From: Callorhinchus milii
Lineage: Eukaryota
Assembly (NCBI RefSeq): GCF_018977255.1
Contig: NW_024704742.1
Span: 20,462,001 to 20,526,000, forward strand
Direction: 5' to 3'
DNA length: 64,000 bases
Shown here: in pieces, positions 14,566 through 29,053 of the stretch
Position numbering within the stretch: the stretch's first letter is position 1
Layout of the letters: every line of letters starts with the position of its first letter
The notes under the pieces: generated by a model
Databases searched by the model: none
The model's input: the letters and a program-made list of their open reading frames with translations, nothing else
What the model was told of the DNA's origin: nothing
Translations under genes and position numbers: made by a program

Positions 14566-14915
14566 GGAATTCTGTAGTGTATTGGTTAGAGCACTCACCT
14601 CGCAAGTGAGAGGACCCGGATTCGATTCCCGGGCAGGGCGAAATCTTAGGGAAATTTTCTTACTCCACACACCTGTTTACCTAGCAGTAAGTAGGAACCC
14701 AATTGTTAGTCATTCGGTGGATCGCATTCCAAGGGTAATAATACCTTTCCCAAAAAATTGCGGTCCCTCAATCCACGACTGTTTTTGGGACACTGCTGCT
14801 GCGTTTCACCCACAAAAGATAGTCAATCACTTTACAGTACATTCTGTAAAGTGCTTTGAGACTTCTCAACGAAATGATAAAGCGCTATATCAAATTCAAG
14901 GATTATTTTTATTAT
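14566..14915 (+). mobile_element. tRNA-derived SINE, long variant with central gtttacctagcagtaagtaggaacc segment
   Basis: tRNA head with box B gattcgattcc, central segment and L2-like tail. Confidence 0.88.
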
Positions 14916-16104
14916 CATCATCATCGGCCATAACACAATCTGAGGTTTAATGATCATATATACAATTTCAGCTTTGCTCGAAGAGGTGAGGGTGAGACAA
15001 GACCACCTTTTCTGGTTCATAACACTAACTCTTCAAATTTTCTTAACCCCAACAACAAGGACAAACCCCAGCATCTCCTTGCTGATCAACACTGCAGGTG
15101 GCTACCTTTCCCCCAGAAACCCACTTAATTTCTGTTGATTTTGCCATACCCAACTTGCCCATTGAACTAAACTTAAGAGAAGGGAGTTTGGCCAACAATC
15201 CTTCAGATTAAAAAAAAAGCTAATTTGCTTCATTGCTGATTGGAGGATTTTGTTGCGTGGAAATTGGCTGCTGCGTTTGTCTACAAATAAAAATAATGAC
15301 TGACATGATAAGGCACTATATCAAACGCAAGAATTATATATAGGGCTTGAAATGATTTCCTTCTTCTCAACTATTCCTATGACATGTGAGTGCTCGAAGC
15401 AACAACCAGCTGAGTCAAATGGTCACATTCAACAATGGCACTCAAAATGGGCAGCCTTTAGTCAAAGTGATAGGCAGGCTGCAGGTGGAATGGCATTAAG
15501 AAAGCTATGGCTCGAACTGTAATGCTTTTAACGCAAGCAAGAAGAAACTAGTGACCTTCCAACCTCAATGATATGATGAAAAACCTGAAGCTCATCAAAA
15601 ATACAAGCTACCTCAAGTGACCCTGGCTCAGGGTTACTGTCTCGTCTATTTGAGTTACAACCACCTTCACACTTCAATGGCTTCAGTGAGACTTGGACAT
15701 TGCTTTATAACTCTAGTGGAAAAGATCCCCTGGCTCTTACCATTTATCAGCATTTGTTAGAAAAATTGACCTCATCCTTCAAAGCAGTTCCATACTCTCA
15801 CTGTCTTATTACACTGATGGTCACACTGATTGATGTAAGTGTACTATTGCTTGGGAGTTTCACCCAGTGTCTAGGCCAACAATCTCCCTTTCATTCCATG
15901 GCTGTTTGTGGGATTTTGCAGTGTGCAAATTGGATACCCTGTTTTCCTACCAAACACACACTTCACAATTTATCCTGTGAAGCGCTTAGGGATTCCTCTC
16001 TTGTGGTCACTTCTTTGTGCATGTTTATATCTGTCTATTTGCGTAACGTCTTCACTTGGTTTTATTTGTAGCAGCAAATAAATCGAAGTACAAATGTACA
16101 ATTG

Positions 16105-16405
16105 TGAAGTCCTGTAGCTCAGTGGTTAGAGCACTCGCTTTGCAAGTGAGAGACCTGGGTTCAATTCCTGGCAGGGCGAAACCTTGGGCAAGTTTCCTTA
16201 CTCCACACTCCTGATAATAATCCCTCAAAAAAAACAATAATAAATTGGTCATTTCAATCCACGACTGTTTGTGGGACACTGCTGTGCGTAATTGGCTGCT
16301 GCATTTCGTCCACAAATATAGACAATTCACTTTACAGTCTACTCTGTGAAGCACTTTAAGACGTCTAGAAGATGTGAAATGAAGGATTATTATTATTATT
16401 ATTTT
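16105..16405 (+). mobile_element. tRNA(Ala)-derived SINE, short variant
   Basis: Paired anticodon arm tcgc-tttgcaa-gtga, box B ggttcaattcc, tail. Confidence 0.9.
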
Positions 16406-19099
16406 ATTGCCATGAATTGCTCTGAAATGTGTCAACATTTTTAATATCTCTATAACTTTCAGTTCTTCTGTCCTCTCTAATAAGAAGAATGTTTTGCATT
16501 TGCTTTAGATCAGAGGGTCTCAAACATTGTCACAGTGAGCCTCCCTAGGCTATGGAAAAAAATAATTGTGCCTCCCATACTAAGACAACACAAAAGATCT
16601 GAAAATCCTATACTTTGTAAGAATATGCATTTTGTTGTAAGGAATGGTTTTGCTGAGACTCGGGGCCAATCTACAAAGCCTGGGACTGTACTCCACTGGT
16701 ATATGCCCGAGCTTCCCCAAAGAGACATACCCCATAGTTTGAGAACGTCTGCTTTAGATGATATTTATACCTGCAAGTTCTATGAATCTGCAAGTGTTTT
16801 TTCCTTTCTGTTTTTTTCACTAACAGAAACAGATATAAACTGTTGTAATTAGGAGCTCCTCTTCCCTGCCCTAATATGCAATAAACCTCTATCGGCTACG
16901 TGAAAGTGTCGAATGGTTCTGGAGTTTCTCTTACTCTACAGAAACGTGTCAAAAACTGACAAGAGTAATAGGGATTCGGTGTCACAAAATCCAGCATAGC
17001 CTGAGAGCATGAATTCTGACAAGGACAGTGCATGCCCATGAGCTAATATAAATAAATTCTTACATTTGGTATAACAACTTTCCAGTCCAGAGGATGTCTC
17101 TAAGTGCTTCACAGAATATACTTCAAAGTGCAGTGCCTGCATGTTTTAAGGGCGAATACTGGTTCTCAGACATGGTGAATCACTTTCTGCTCCAGCCTTG
17201 GGAAACCTCTGCTCCTTATGTGGTTACTAAGTGCCAGCACTTTATTGAGCTCCCTATGCACCCAGTCTGAGGGACGCTCACATGCCAGGCTGCGACTGAC
17301 TGTGCTGATTCCCACATGGTGTCAGGAAAGATGTGCAACTCGCTTGGAATGTCTGAACATAACAATATCAGAGAAAAAAAACAAAATAACTCATTCAATG
17401 TTTTTGTACAGGATTTTTTGACACTTAGATTATTAGATTACAGTATTATTTCCACATATTATTACCTTTCTAAATATTCCAGTCTCTGTGTCATTCTATA
17501 TACTTTATACTGCACTGCCACCAATCTTTTATTATCCAGATTAAGTACTTCATAGAATATACAATGGAAAATTACAGTTGAAATTAATAAAAAGTAGATT
17601 GATCTGTGTCGTACCCTTAACACTAACTAGTTTGAGGTAGTGTCAGTGGTGTGTTGGCATTTCATTACTGCGAGACAAGTCAATATACTATCAATACACC
17701 ACCCAGTCTTCTATTCTTCGGCTCCACTACTCAGCAGAAAATGGTCAGTGCATTTGTCTTCCAAGTATCTGCTAAAGAGCAATGTCCATCAATTAAATTC
17801 ATTGTTCAAATGTTTGCCTTAATTTGTGCTGAAGGAATATCTAATGAAGCCAGTGAATCAACAGATGATCACTGAACGTGATAAATCATTCACTGTAAAA
17901 AATGTGTTAAATGCTACACTGGTGTATTTTACATTTGTTATTTAAGTTTCACCCTGTACTTAGAGCACATTAAAATATTAAAAGATGCATATGTGATTTG
18001 CCCACTGAATTAACAATGAGTTTATTCCTTAAGTATCAAACAACACAATGGTTTTATCAGAAATCATGAACTTTGTCATCATCCCAAGAGCTTAATTATG
18101 GTCTTTGATCATTCGACCCACAAATTAATGACCACCATTAGGCCTTGAGTTGTGATGTGACTAAACACCCATGGGATTAGATCACCACATCAGTTTCACA
18201 GAAAATTACAGCACAAAATCATGCCATCTGGCCCGACTACTCCATGCCACACGAGCCTCCAATCCTCCTATTCCCCTTTTCAACACCCTCATGTGTGTAT
18301 TAAGTTTCGTCTTAAATACACCAATGCTTTTTTTGCTTCAACCACATCAAATTCAAAGTGAGAAGCCTATTTGATTAAAAGTCAGCAGGTTCTTGAGCCA
18401 CATGTAACCAGCAGGACGAGCATTGACAACTATGATTAAAAGAAACAAGTAAATAAGATATACCTAGAAAATTTCTCTTGCTGTTAAATAGAATACAGAA
18501 AATAATAGGATCAATGAGGCAACTCCCTACTTATTTTACGCACAATTGTCCTATAATCTGCCCGTCGTTCTAATTTCCAAGTGCAATGTTTAAATTCTGG
18601 GAATAAGGGATTGGTGAACTCAATTTGGCATCTGCAGACTGCAGCTGCTTTGTGATGCTTTTACCAAAGGACTGAAAGGATTATGGCACTGAAGCAATAA
18701 TCCAAGAGAACTAAAAGGTGAGTTGAAAGGCTGTGAACCATTTTATCCTGGCCCAAGTACAGTTGTTTATTGAGTTACAGAGAACTGAGAGGGAATGTTT
18801 ATGTGTGGCTGTATTGTTTATTCCAAATTAAAGCATTCAGGCATCACGTCAAAAAAGGTTTTCTTGAAATAATGTAAAAATCACCTCAAATTAAATCAAC
18901 ATCCACATAACTGGGTAAACACTGCAAGCATCTTCTGAACATGTTAAAGACCTAAAATGCTCTCTCAGCTAAAAATAAGCTAGAGCTCACATCCAATTAC
19001 AATCACAAACAGAAGCAGAGGTGCTCATCTGTGTCACAGAGCAGGGATCAAACTGTGTTGCAGTCGCACATCATTATTTTAAAAGCAGTCCTCCATCAA

Positions 19100-19475
19100 A
19101 TTTTGTCAGCTCCCCTCCGCCCCCACTCCAAGGAGCTGGGTGGCCTTGTACTAGAGGATGATTCTACAGTGCCATTTCCTCTCATGTACCTCGCCAGAGT
19201 GGGTGTTCTTCATGTGTGAGCCAAGATAGTGAATGGGCAATTCAACAAAGTCACAGTCAAACCCAGACCTAATACGACATCCACTAATATTCTGTGTTCA
19301 GCGAGGGAAGGAGGTGGGATCATTGGATAATGATCAGGACATGGACCCCAGCTCCTCTTTTCCTCTTTTGTCCTACAGGTGATAAGGCTCCAGTAAAGTC
19401 CCACCCCCACTGCCCATCACTACTCCAGTTGAGATCTGCTAATTCAGCACAGAGCAGGGATCAAATCTTGGGCAT
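19100..19475 (-). mobile_element. Ancient SINE (AmnSINE2-like by recall)
   Basis: Minus strand gatccctgctctgtgctgaattagcagatctcaac...tcctgatcattatccaatgatccc...ggctcacacatgaagaa...ggcgaggtac; related copies at 10410 and 62040. Confidence 0.6.
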
Positions 19476-19867
19476 TGCAGTTCTGTAAGAGCTTAGTTTC
19501 ATATTAGGCAAATATTTTAACCAAAGGAGCCATCTGACAAGCCCACTGAGGTCAATCGCAAACTCACCTCGGCATCCATTTTTTAACAACTGTATGTCAT
19601 TTAATTTATTGGTATTTGTTATATTTAAAAAAATGACCTTACTCAATATCTACAGACTGAAACACATGCAAATGTTGCACGGGGAACCGTTATGCAATTC
19701 TGTGAAAAGTGATTAATCTTTCCGATAAACATTTCACAATGTTCTCCTCTACACTAAAAAATAAATACCAAACTGCTGCTCCACTGCTCAGATCTAAACC
19801 AAAAGCTGTTTGGATCAGAGCTAAGAGATTGAATGCGGATTAGTTATTTTCACTTTATAGTTTCCTA

Positions 19868-20730
<863 letters not shown>

Positions 20731-22399
20731 ATGAAAATAATGCACACTTAATGACATTGTTACTAAACCTTTGGAACAATTAATATAATTGTGGATTTGA
20801 TACAGTCACAGCTGTCAGTTCTGTTTGCAAATCCAAATAAATTAATGTTTGTGCAAAATGGACAAAACATTGGAAGGTTGGAAAGTCTACAAGTCCCTTC
20901 AAATTCATAAAATCAACTCAGTTGGTTTGACACACATTGTTTTGAATAATGATGAAATTAAACAATAGAGTGAGATCTCATTGGGTTAAGGAATAATTTT
21001 AGGAGCAAAGTAATAATAATAATAGTAATAACAAAAGTAGATGAGGCATTACTCTCCATCTGGCAGGACTGTTTCAGAATTGTGTGATGTTGGTGCTAAA
21101 AGTGGAAATGGTGTGTTCTCCAGCACTAGTCTATAAGAGGTTACAGAAACAATATACATGGTACTCCAGGTGCCGCCTGACCACAGCACTGTCCAGCTTG
21201 AACTAAACTTGTGGGGAACAAGTGTTTTTAAATATAACCCAGTACACTATTTGCCTCATTTACTGCTACATCACAGTGTTTAAACGCGGTGAGTCAAAAG
21301 TCAACTAACATCACAAGGTCTCTTTGGATCATTTCTTTTAACTTTCTGTACAATTGACCTGTATTGAATTTTATTTACAGTCCTCTGAGATGTTATCCCA
21401 TGTGAAGGGCATTGTTGTTATTTGGAAGTATCAGCCCAGATGAACATCTATTTCTTAGCTACATCTTAGATGCCTCCTCCGAATCCACAGTTCCCAATAT
21501 CCTGATGATCTCTCTCCTCTCCACAAAAACAAGTACAGTTCATTGAAATATTAGAAATCTTTATCGCAGAGATCAAATACACATTGCTTTTCAATAATCC
21601 TTATAAACAGCAAATACGTGGAACCCAGGCAGCTCTGCCCTTTTATTATGATCTATATTGTATCCTCAGGAAGTTTCTAAGCTAATGCTCTATTTATATG
21701 GCAGGAACGATTCATCATCGCTTCTAGCAGTATAGTGATTAGGTGCAGGAAACCAGATTTATACTTCCTGCTTCAAAATGCCTCTCACAGCAGGCCAAGG
21801 AGATGAGCAACTGAGGCCATGTGCAGGCTCCACTAACCTATGCGGAGTGGCAGCTCATTTTCTATTGTTATTAAATAGCAAACAGCATTTAAGGAACTTT
21901 TAAATTACATTTTGTTAAAGCTTAAAAGTTTATGGCCAGCTGCAGTAACAAAAAAAAATTGATTTATGCATCGATTCAACTCCTGAAAGTATCTCCCGAG
22001 TGGGACTCAATTGAATTGTCAAATCTGATTTATGCTGGACTTAAGCATTGATTGGAATTGCTGCTTACTATGCATTCTAAATAGGGTATTATATTGAAGG
22101 TGTTTACGGCGAGGGGTGGGGGTTGGGGTGGTGTGGGCATGGGAGGAAGAGGTTTGGTGTGACCCTTGGTGATGTACCGCAAAAGAAAACCTATCCAAAT
22201 CACATATCGATATGGTAGCAGAGAGAAAGAAAACACTGCAGAAAAAACACACACGGGTTTGGCAAGATATCTTCTCTGCGGCATTTTCAAACAAGAAAAT
22301 CAATGTCCACTTCACGTTATTGCGTGTTGGGCCTAGTCCAGCAACAAGAATTTACATTTACACACCTTTGCCTTCACAAGGACGTACGTCTTGACTTCC

Positions 22400-23340
22400 A
22401 ACAACAACAGCAACTTGCACTTATACAGCGCCTTCCACGCTGGGCAGCGTCCCAGAGCACTTAACAATGGCGGAGCCAAAGGCTGAGCCAGGAGTAGGGG
22501 GAAAGTGACCGTAGGCGCGGTCGAAGAGGAAGGTCTTCAGGCGTGACCTGAAGATGGGGAAGGAGGGGGTGAGGTGAAGGGGTTGAGGGAGGGAGTTCCA
22601 AAGATTCTGGGCAAAGTGGCTGAAGGTTGCCTATGGTAGAGCGGAGGATTCGGGGGACACAGAGGAGGCCAGATGCAGTAAAGCAGAGGCAGTGGGTACT
22701 GCTGTGGGGCGAGAGGAGGTTAGAGAGATAGGGAGGCTCCAAGGAATGGAGGAATTTAAACACTAGAGTGAGGATCTTGAAGTCGATCCACTCTGTGACA
22801 GGGAGCCATTGGAGTTTGGCAAGGACTGGAGTAATCGGGGTATGAAGTTTGGTGCGGGTGAGTTTTGTGAAGAGTGGAGGAGGGGAGACTGGCGAGGAGG
22901 GCATTAGAGTAGTCTAGTCGAAAAGTGACAAAGACATGGACAAGGGTTTTGGCTGCTTTTGGGGTGAGGTATTGTCGGAGATAGGCAATATGGCGGAGGT
23001 GAAAGAAAGTGGTACTGGTCAGGGATTGGATGTGGATAAAGGATAAATGGGGATTGAACCTGATGCCTAAGTTGCACACGGGTTCAGAGAGTTTCAAGGA
23101 CAGGTCGGGTAGGTTGAGGGGTCGGAATCATGGGACAGAAGACATCAGTGGGAGCCAAAGAGTATGGCTTCCGTCTTGTTGATGTTTAACTACAGGAAAT
23201 TTGCACTCATCCAGCTCTTGATGTCCGACAGACAAGCTGACAGAACATCAGGGGACTGGGGGTCGCATCTGGAGATGGCAAAGTAGAGTTGAATATAATC
23301 TGCATACATGTGGAAATTAATCCCATGTCTGCGGATGACA
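22400..23340 (-). mobile_element. L2 LINE 3' fragment (RT C-terminus and tail), frameshifted
   Basis: FHMYAD motif near 23300-23320; ORFs 'VCNLGIRFNPHLSF...FVTFRLDYSNALL' and 'LQWLPVTEWIDFKILTLVFK'; (ttg)n tail. Confidence 0.9.
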
Positions 23341-25486
23341 CGAGCATGAATCCAACTAATGCGAACAGTTATGGTTCACTTCTACTACCAACTATCACCA
23401 TAAACTAACCCAATATAAAAACTCCTGACATAACTACCTGAGCAAAATTAAAACTGTAACTAAGAGCAAGCAACAGGAACTGATAGGTTCCAGAGAAGTT
23501 TTATAGTTTGATGCACCGAGTGATCTGCAATAGCGGCCTGCACACAATATAATAATAATAATAATAATAATACTTCCATTTGATATTGCATCTTATCACT
23601 TCTTCGAGACATCTCAAAGTGCTTCACAGAATATACTGTAAAGTGAATTGACTATTTTGTGAGCAAAACGTGGCTTGTCCTACTTTTAAAGTAAATTCAG
23701 TGTAAGGGTCTAATAAAACATATTTATGCCAATTCTGAAGCTACAGCTATAAACTATTGGCCTAAAGGTTTCAAAGTGACCAACACCAGAATTATCATGT
23801 ACTCCATCACTTCTGTAAGTAGAGGGTAATAGTTAACTCAACAACTCTTAAACTGCAGTCGATATTTGTGAGTTTTTAAAAACAAAAATCTTGACTATAT
23901 TTAATTTACAAACAGGAAAGAAATCTTGTCACATATTTGTGGAGCACGTAACTCATTCCTTTGCACAATGATTCTACTTCCTGCCAGTGATACGCTCTGT
24001 AGAATAGTGGAAGGTGGTATCAATAAATAACAGTGAAATTTATTTTCTCAAAGACAATGGCTCCACAACCACTTTCATTGGTATTTAGTCCACATGGGGG
24101 TACAATAAATGTATATCTATATTTTTAATACATGAACTCTTCTGGAGTGTTCTTGCCTCAAACTAGAATTTTAAGTAAATTATGTATCTGGAGGAGAGCC
24201 CTTCTTCCAACTTTGTTTTGGAAGAATTCTCCCTTTTCCATCCTTATTTTACATCTAATGCTGACAACACTTATTCTGTTGGGTGAATGATTAAAGTTCT
24301 TGATGTTTTCTTGCAGAGGACAACAATGAGGATGATCCTATGAATGAGCTACAACAACAACAAGATTATATTTGTATTGCGCCTTTCACGTCAGGAGGGC
24401 GTCCCTGATTTGAATTTTTTTTGTTTAGAAAGTCTCTGATTTAACAAGTCTTGAGAGATGAAAAATATTAAATTAGCCAAAAATGCCCCACATTTGGCGC
24501 ACGTCATATCATTCGGGACAGAATAGAGGGAACTTGCTCTGAATCTAGCCTGCTCAGGAATACAGTTGATGCAGGTGATACACCAATTGGATAAGGAAAA
24601 TTGTGCCCAGAATAAAAGATCAATTATACAAAAGCCATAGACTTGTAATAACTAGGAAACAACAAGCAATGACGTCAAAATGTAGCTTGCTCACTGTGAA
24701 TGTGCCTGTTTGAAAATAACAGAGCTCAAACATGCACTTACAAAACGAACTGGGCAAAGAGATCATCTGGCACTTGTTTCACTGCCTACTTATTGTAAAT
24801 GAAATAGAGGTATCTGTAATGCACAGAATATCACTAGTGGACACAATGCACGTCTGGAACTGGTAGATTTGGAGGTCCACACAATGTCATGGTCTGGCGC
24901 TCGAGCATGCTGAGACACAAGCAATAAATGATCTTTTGTTAGTCGTTTCTGACGTGTGTACAATGAATTATCTGGCAATACAGTGTTTCATTTATTGTGT
25001 AGAGATGCAATACAAAAGTCTAAATTTCCATCCTTTTCTCAGGTGTCCTGAGACAAACATTTCCTGTGGAAAAGGGAAGTGTGACAGGGGATATTATTTA
25101 AAAGGTGTTGGTTATCGCTAGATGGTGTAGTTTCAGATGCTACTGCATTCTAAATGGGATTCTTGGCATTTTCTGCAATCATGAACTGATCAAACACTCC
25201 AGACTGAGAGCTCAGATTCTTAATGTTTCCCTGGTACTGTGAGGAAGATGTGAAATTGACCTCCTTATATTAATAGTCATGTATGTACATTCATGAATAA
25301 GCAGTATGCATACACCATGGAAAGAAAGTTCCAGTTTGTGGCACCCACCAATGTCACTGCACCCATGGTCTCAAATAATTTACTTCCAGCATTGCTAATG
25401 GATACCTCAACTTTTTAACCCCTATTAAATTTGCTGATAAGAGCAATGGCCTGTTATTAATATCAGCCTTTCGTTTTCTACTGATA

Positions 25487-27320
25487 CATAACATAACATG
25501 TAGGAGCAGGAGTTGGCCATTTGGCCCTTCGAGCCTGCCCCACCATTCAATCATGGCTGATCTTCTAATCTAACACCAGCTAATAACCTAACCCTGCCTT
25601 ATCCCCGTATCCCTTAATCCCTTTTGCAATAAGAAATCTATCTATCTCAGTCTTGAATATGTTCAAGGACTGAGCATCAACAGCCCTTTGGGGTAACGAG
25701 TTCCATACATTCACCACCCTTTGAGTGAAGAAATTCTTCCTCAACTCAGTGCAAAAGGGCTGGCCTCTGATTTTAAGGTTGTGACCCCTGGTTTTAGTTT
25801 CTCCAGCCAGGGGAAACAATCTCCCACTATCTACTCTATCATGCCCTTTGATGATCTTATAGGTTTCTATAAGATCCCCTCTAATTCTTCTATATTGTAA
25901 AGAATATAGGCCCAACTTGGTCAGCCTATCCTCGTAACTCATCCCCTTCATCCCTGGTACTAACCTTGTAAATCTACACTGCACCACCTCCAAGGCAAGT
26001 ACATCCTTTCTTAAATAAGGAGACCAAAACTGCACACAGTCTTCCAGGTGTGGTCTCACCAGGGCTCTATACAGTTGCAGCAAGACTTCCCTACGCTTCT
26101 TCTCTAATCCTTTCATAATGAATGCTAACATACCGTTCGCCTTCCTAATTGCTGCTGCATCTGCAGACCAACTTTCTTTGATTGGTGTACAAGGACACCC
26201 AAGTCCCTCTGGACGCTAACACATTCCAATCTCTCCCCTTCTAAAAAATAACCCGCTCTACTGTTTTTGCTACCTAGGTGGATGACTTCGCACTTCCCTA
26301 CATTATACTTCATCTGCCACCTACCTGCCCAATCATCTAACCTATCTATGTCTCGCTGCATTTTTTTATGTCATCCTCTGTGTTGACACTTCCTCCTAGT
26401 TTTGTGTCATCCGCAAATTTAGATATATTAAGTTCGATGTCCTCATCTAGATAGTTGATGTAGATGGTAAATAGCTGAGGCCCAAGGACTGATCCTTGTG
26501 GCACTCCACTAGTCACATCCCGCCAATCTGAAAAGGACCTGTTTATCTGTACTCTTTGTTTCCTACCCCAATCCATGTTAATATGCTCCCCCCAATTCCA
26601 TGGGCCCTTATCTTTTGGACTAACCTTTTATGCGGCACCTTATCGAATGCCTTCTGCAAGTCCAAATAGACCACATCGACTGATTCACCCTTATCTAGTT
26701 TACTGGAAATATCCTCAAAAAACTCTATGAGATTTGTCAAACATGACTTCCCTTTTGTAAAGCCATGTTGACTTGGCCTAATTATATTGTACTCCCCTAA
26801 ATACCGCACTACCACATCCTTAATCAACGATTCTAAAATTTTTCCTATCACTGATGTGAGACTAACTGGCCTATAGTTCCCCATCTTTTCCTTTCCACCT
26901 TTTTTAAATAGTGGTGTGACATTTGCGATCTTCCAATCCATGGGGACTGTTCCAGAATCCAAGGAATTTTGGAAGATCAGACATAAGGCCTCCACTATCT
27001 CATAAGCTACCTCTTTTAAAACCCTGGGATGCAAGCCATCCGGACCAGGGGATTTGTCACTTTTTAGTGCTAACAGTTTCCTTAGCACCAATTCTCTACT
27101 CATGAAAATTTCCCTAAGTTGCTCCCTGTCCTTATTCCCTTAGTGCATCTCTATTGTTGGCAAACTTGTTGTGTCTTCTAGGGTGAAGACAGATGCAAAG
27201 TACCCATCTAGGGACTCTGCCATGTCCTTATCCTCCATTACAACTTCTCCCGTCTCTGACTGAAGTGGACCTATATTTACCCTCACTAGCCTATTCCTCT
27301 TCATATATTTGTAAAAACCT
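25487..27320 (-). mobile_element. 5'-truncated CR1 LINE, ~1.8 kb, RT domain with about three frameshifts
   Basis: [85 protein letters not shown]; 3' UTR with (tatgt)n tail. Confidence 0.95.
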
Positions 27321-27769
27321 TTACAGTGAGATACAATGCAGCAAAGAGCTCCTTCTGAATTCTATTCAAAGTAGTATAACAAAATAAATTCAAGCTTAAC
27401 TGAATACATTTTGCCTTCAATGCCTTTGCGTTGGGAGGGGAAAGGAATCCCAGTAGCAGCACAAAGTGCATGGAGTCTGTTCGTATGTCACATGTAAACC
27501 ACATGTAGACAATGCATGAATACACGTATAAACGTGTGCACAGAGATAAATACAGTTATCCTGCATTATTTGATTAACAAACCAATAGCAATAGGTTGCA
27601 TGTTCTCTCTGTGCACAAGGTGCTTAATAGACCCCATTGTTACTAATATTAGAAATGCAGAGGAATGCTGCGCTCTAAAACCACTGTACTTTACAGGTAA
27701 TCCTGTGAGGTGCTTGAAGACGTCTTCCTGATGTAAAATGGGGTGGGGGGGGGAGGAGGTAAGCGGATT

Positions 27770-28330
27770 CTCCTCGGAGCTGAACAGGCTCCAAGGTGAC
27801 ATGCCTGACAATGGAATGTCGGAATGGAGCCAATGGTCTTGTAGCCTGATTCCTGAGCCAGACGGGTCCAGGGCACTGCAAATGACAGCACAGACAGCCA
27901 GGCTCATAGCCAGGACCTGGAAGGGCTGACCACTCACCGGGGGCAGGTTGTCATCCCACTCAGATCCTGTTAACCATTCAAGCCAAAGCCCTAATGGGTA
28001 GAGCTTTGGCTTGCAAGGACCAACAGTGGGAAAGCTTGCCGGACAGCAATATCAATGGCAAGTTATGCAGTTTTAGCTGGTTAGACTCCAGCAGTTACCC
28101 CAACGCACACTCTGGGGTCTCCAAGCCTTGGCTCTTGCCAACCTGTGCCTAATGACTTCCGGAATTAGGCAATCAGGATCCATCCTTCCAGGAAGAGATT
28201 GCGCATTCCATTCCAACGATCTATCTCTGGGATTTCCGTGTTGTAGATGGGATGCATGGAATTCTCCATTTGGTTTGGATACTCTTAAGCATAGTGATAG
28301 GTTGCTCATGTGTCAGACACTCGCCTGACC
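27770..28330 (+). repeat. Unclassified interspersed repeat (~560 bp)
   Basis: Highly similar to 48270-48785 over ~350 bp, and to 4238-4600 in reverse. Confidence 0.8.
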
Positions 28331-29053
28331 ACAAGTAAAATAGGCAACATTGTCTGATGTGCTCTTTTGCTAGTTTATGCATCATTTGTATCCTAAAATA
28401 TGTGTTCACTTTTCCTTTTGAATGGGAGACTTATTGAAACCTCGAAAAGTGATTAAGGTGGTAAATGTGGCTTTTGACTTGTAATGATCTGAACCCTGCA
28501 CCACCGTGGCTGCACTGCACACATCAGGTGTATACAATAACTCAGCAGATGCTCAGCTGGACATTTTATTTCTAAAACACAGCTGCCGTCGGCATTTGGC
28601 AATTTAACAAATAACAACTTTAGCCCAAAACAAGAGGTGATAATACAATGGTAATGTTTTATCTAATCCAGGAAACCTGGCAGATTTGATCAGTGAAGCC
28701 ATTTGATGCTGCTTTATTAACCACACAGCACAGACTTAGCAGCAGACACAGGTGTAGAATAGCAAATAATGCACTTTTGAGACGTAGCAAAATCGAACAG
28801 TAGGGTTTAATAAGCAGAATCCCTTCCTCGTAACGGGAAATGCTTCACCCTAAACTTCATCACACCTGGAAGAGAATGTGCATTTTCTGTGGTCAGTGTG
28901 ACCCAGAAGGAGTTTCCATTTGCAACTCAATAGCTGCACATTGGTATCCCTTAATACTACACAAAGTCTAAAATATCAAATGATGGGCCAGAAACATATG
29001 CATACGCTCTTTGCTGATTGGTTACTTACATTCTCTGAAACACAGAAAATTGG

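Noticed and set aside
22069..22235. Possible minus-strand cassette exon (ttttttctgcAG ... GTAAGC)
   Set aside because: 167 nt would shift the frame, the peptide is unrecognisable, and there is no transcript evidence
25580..27103. Reverse transcriptase ORFs as a functional or domesticated gene
   Set aside because: 5'-truncated CR1 with several frameshifts and no endonuclease domain
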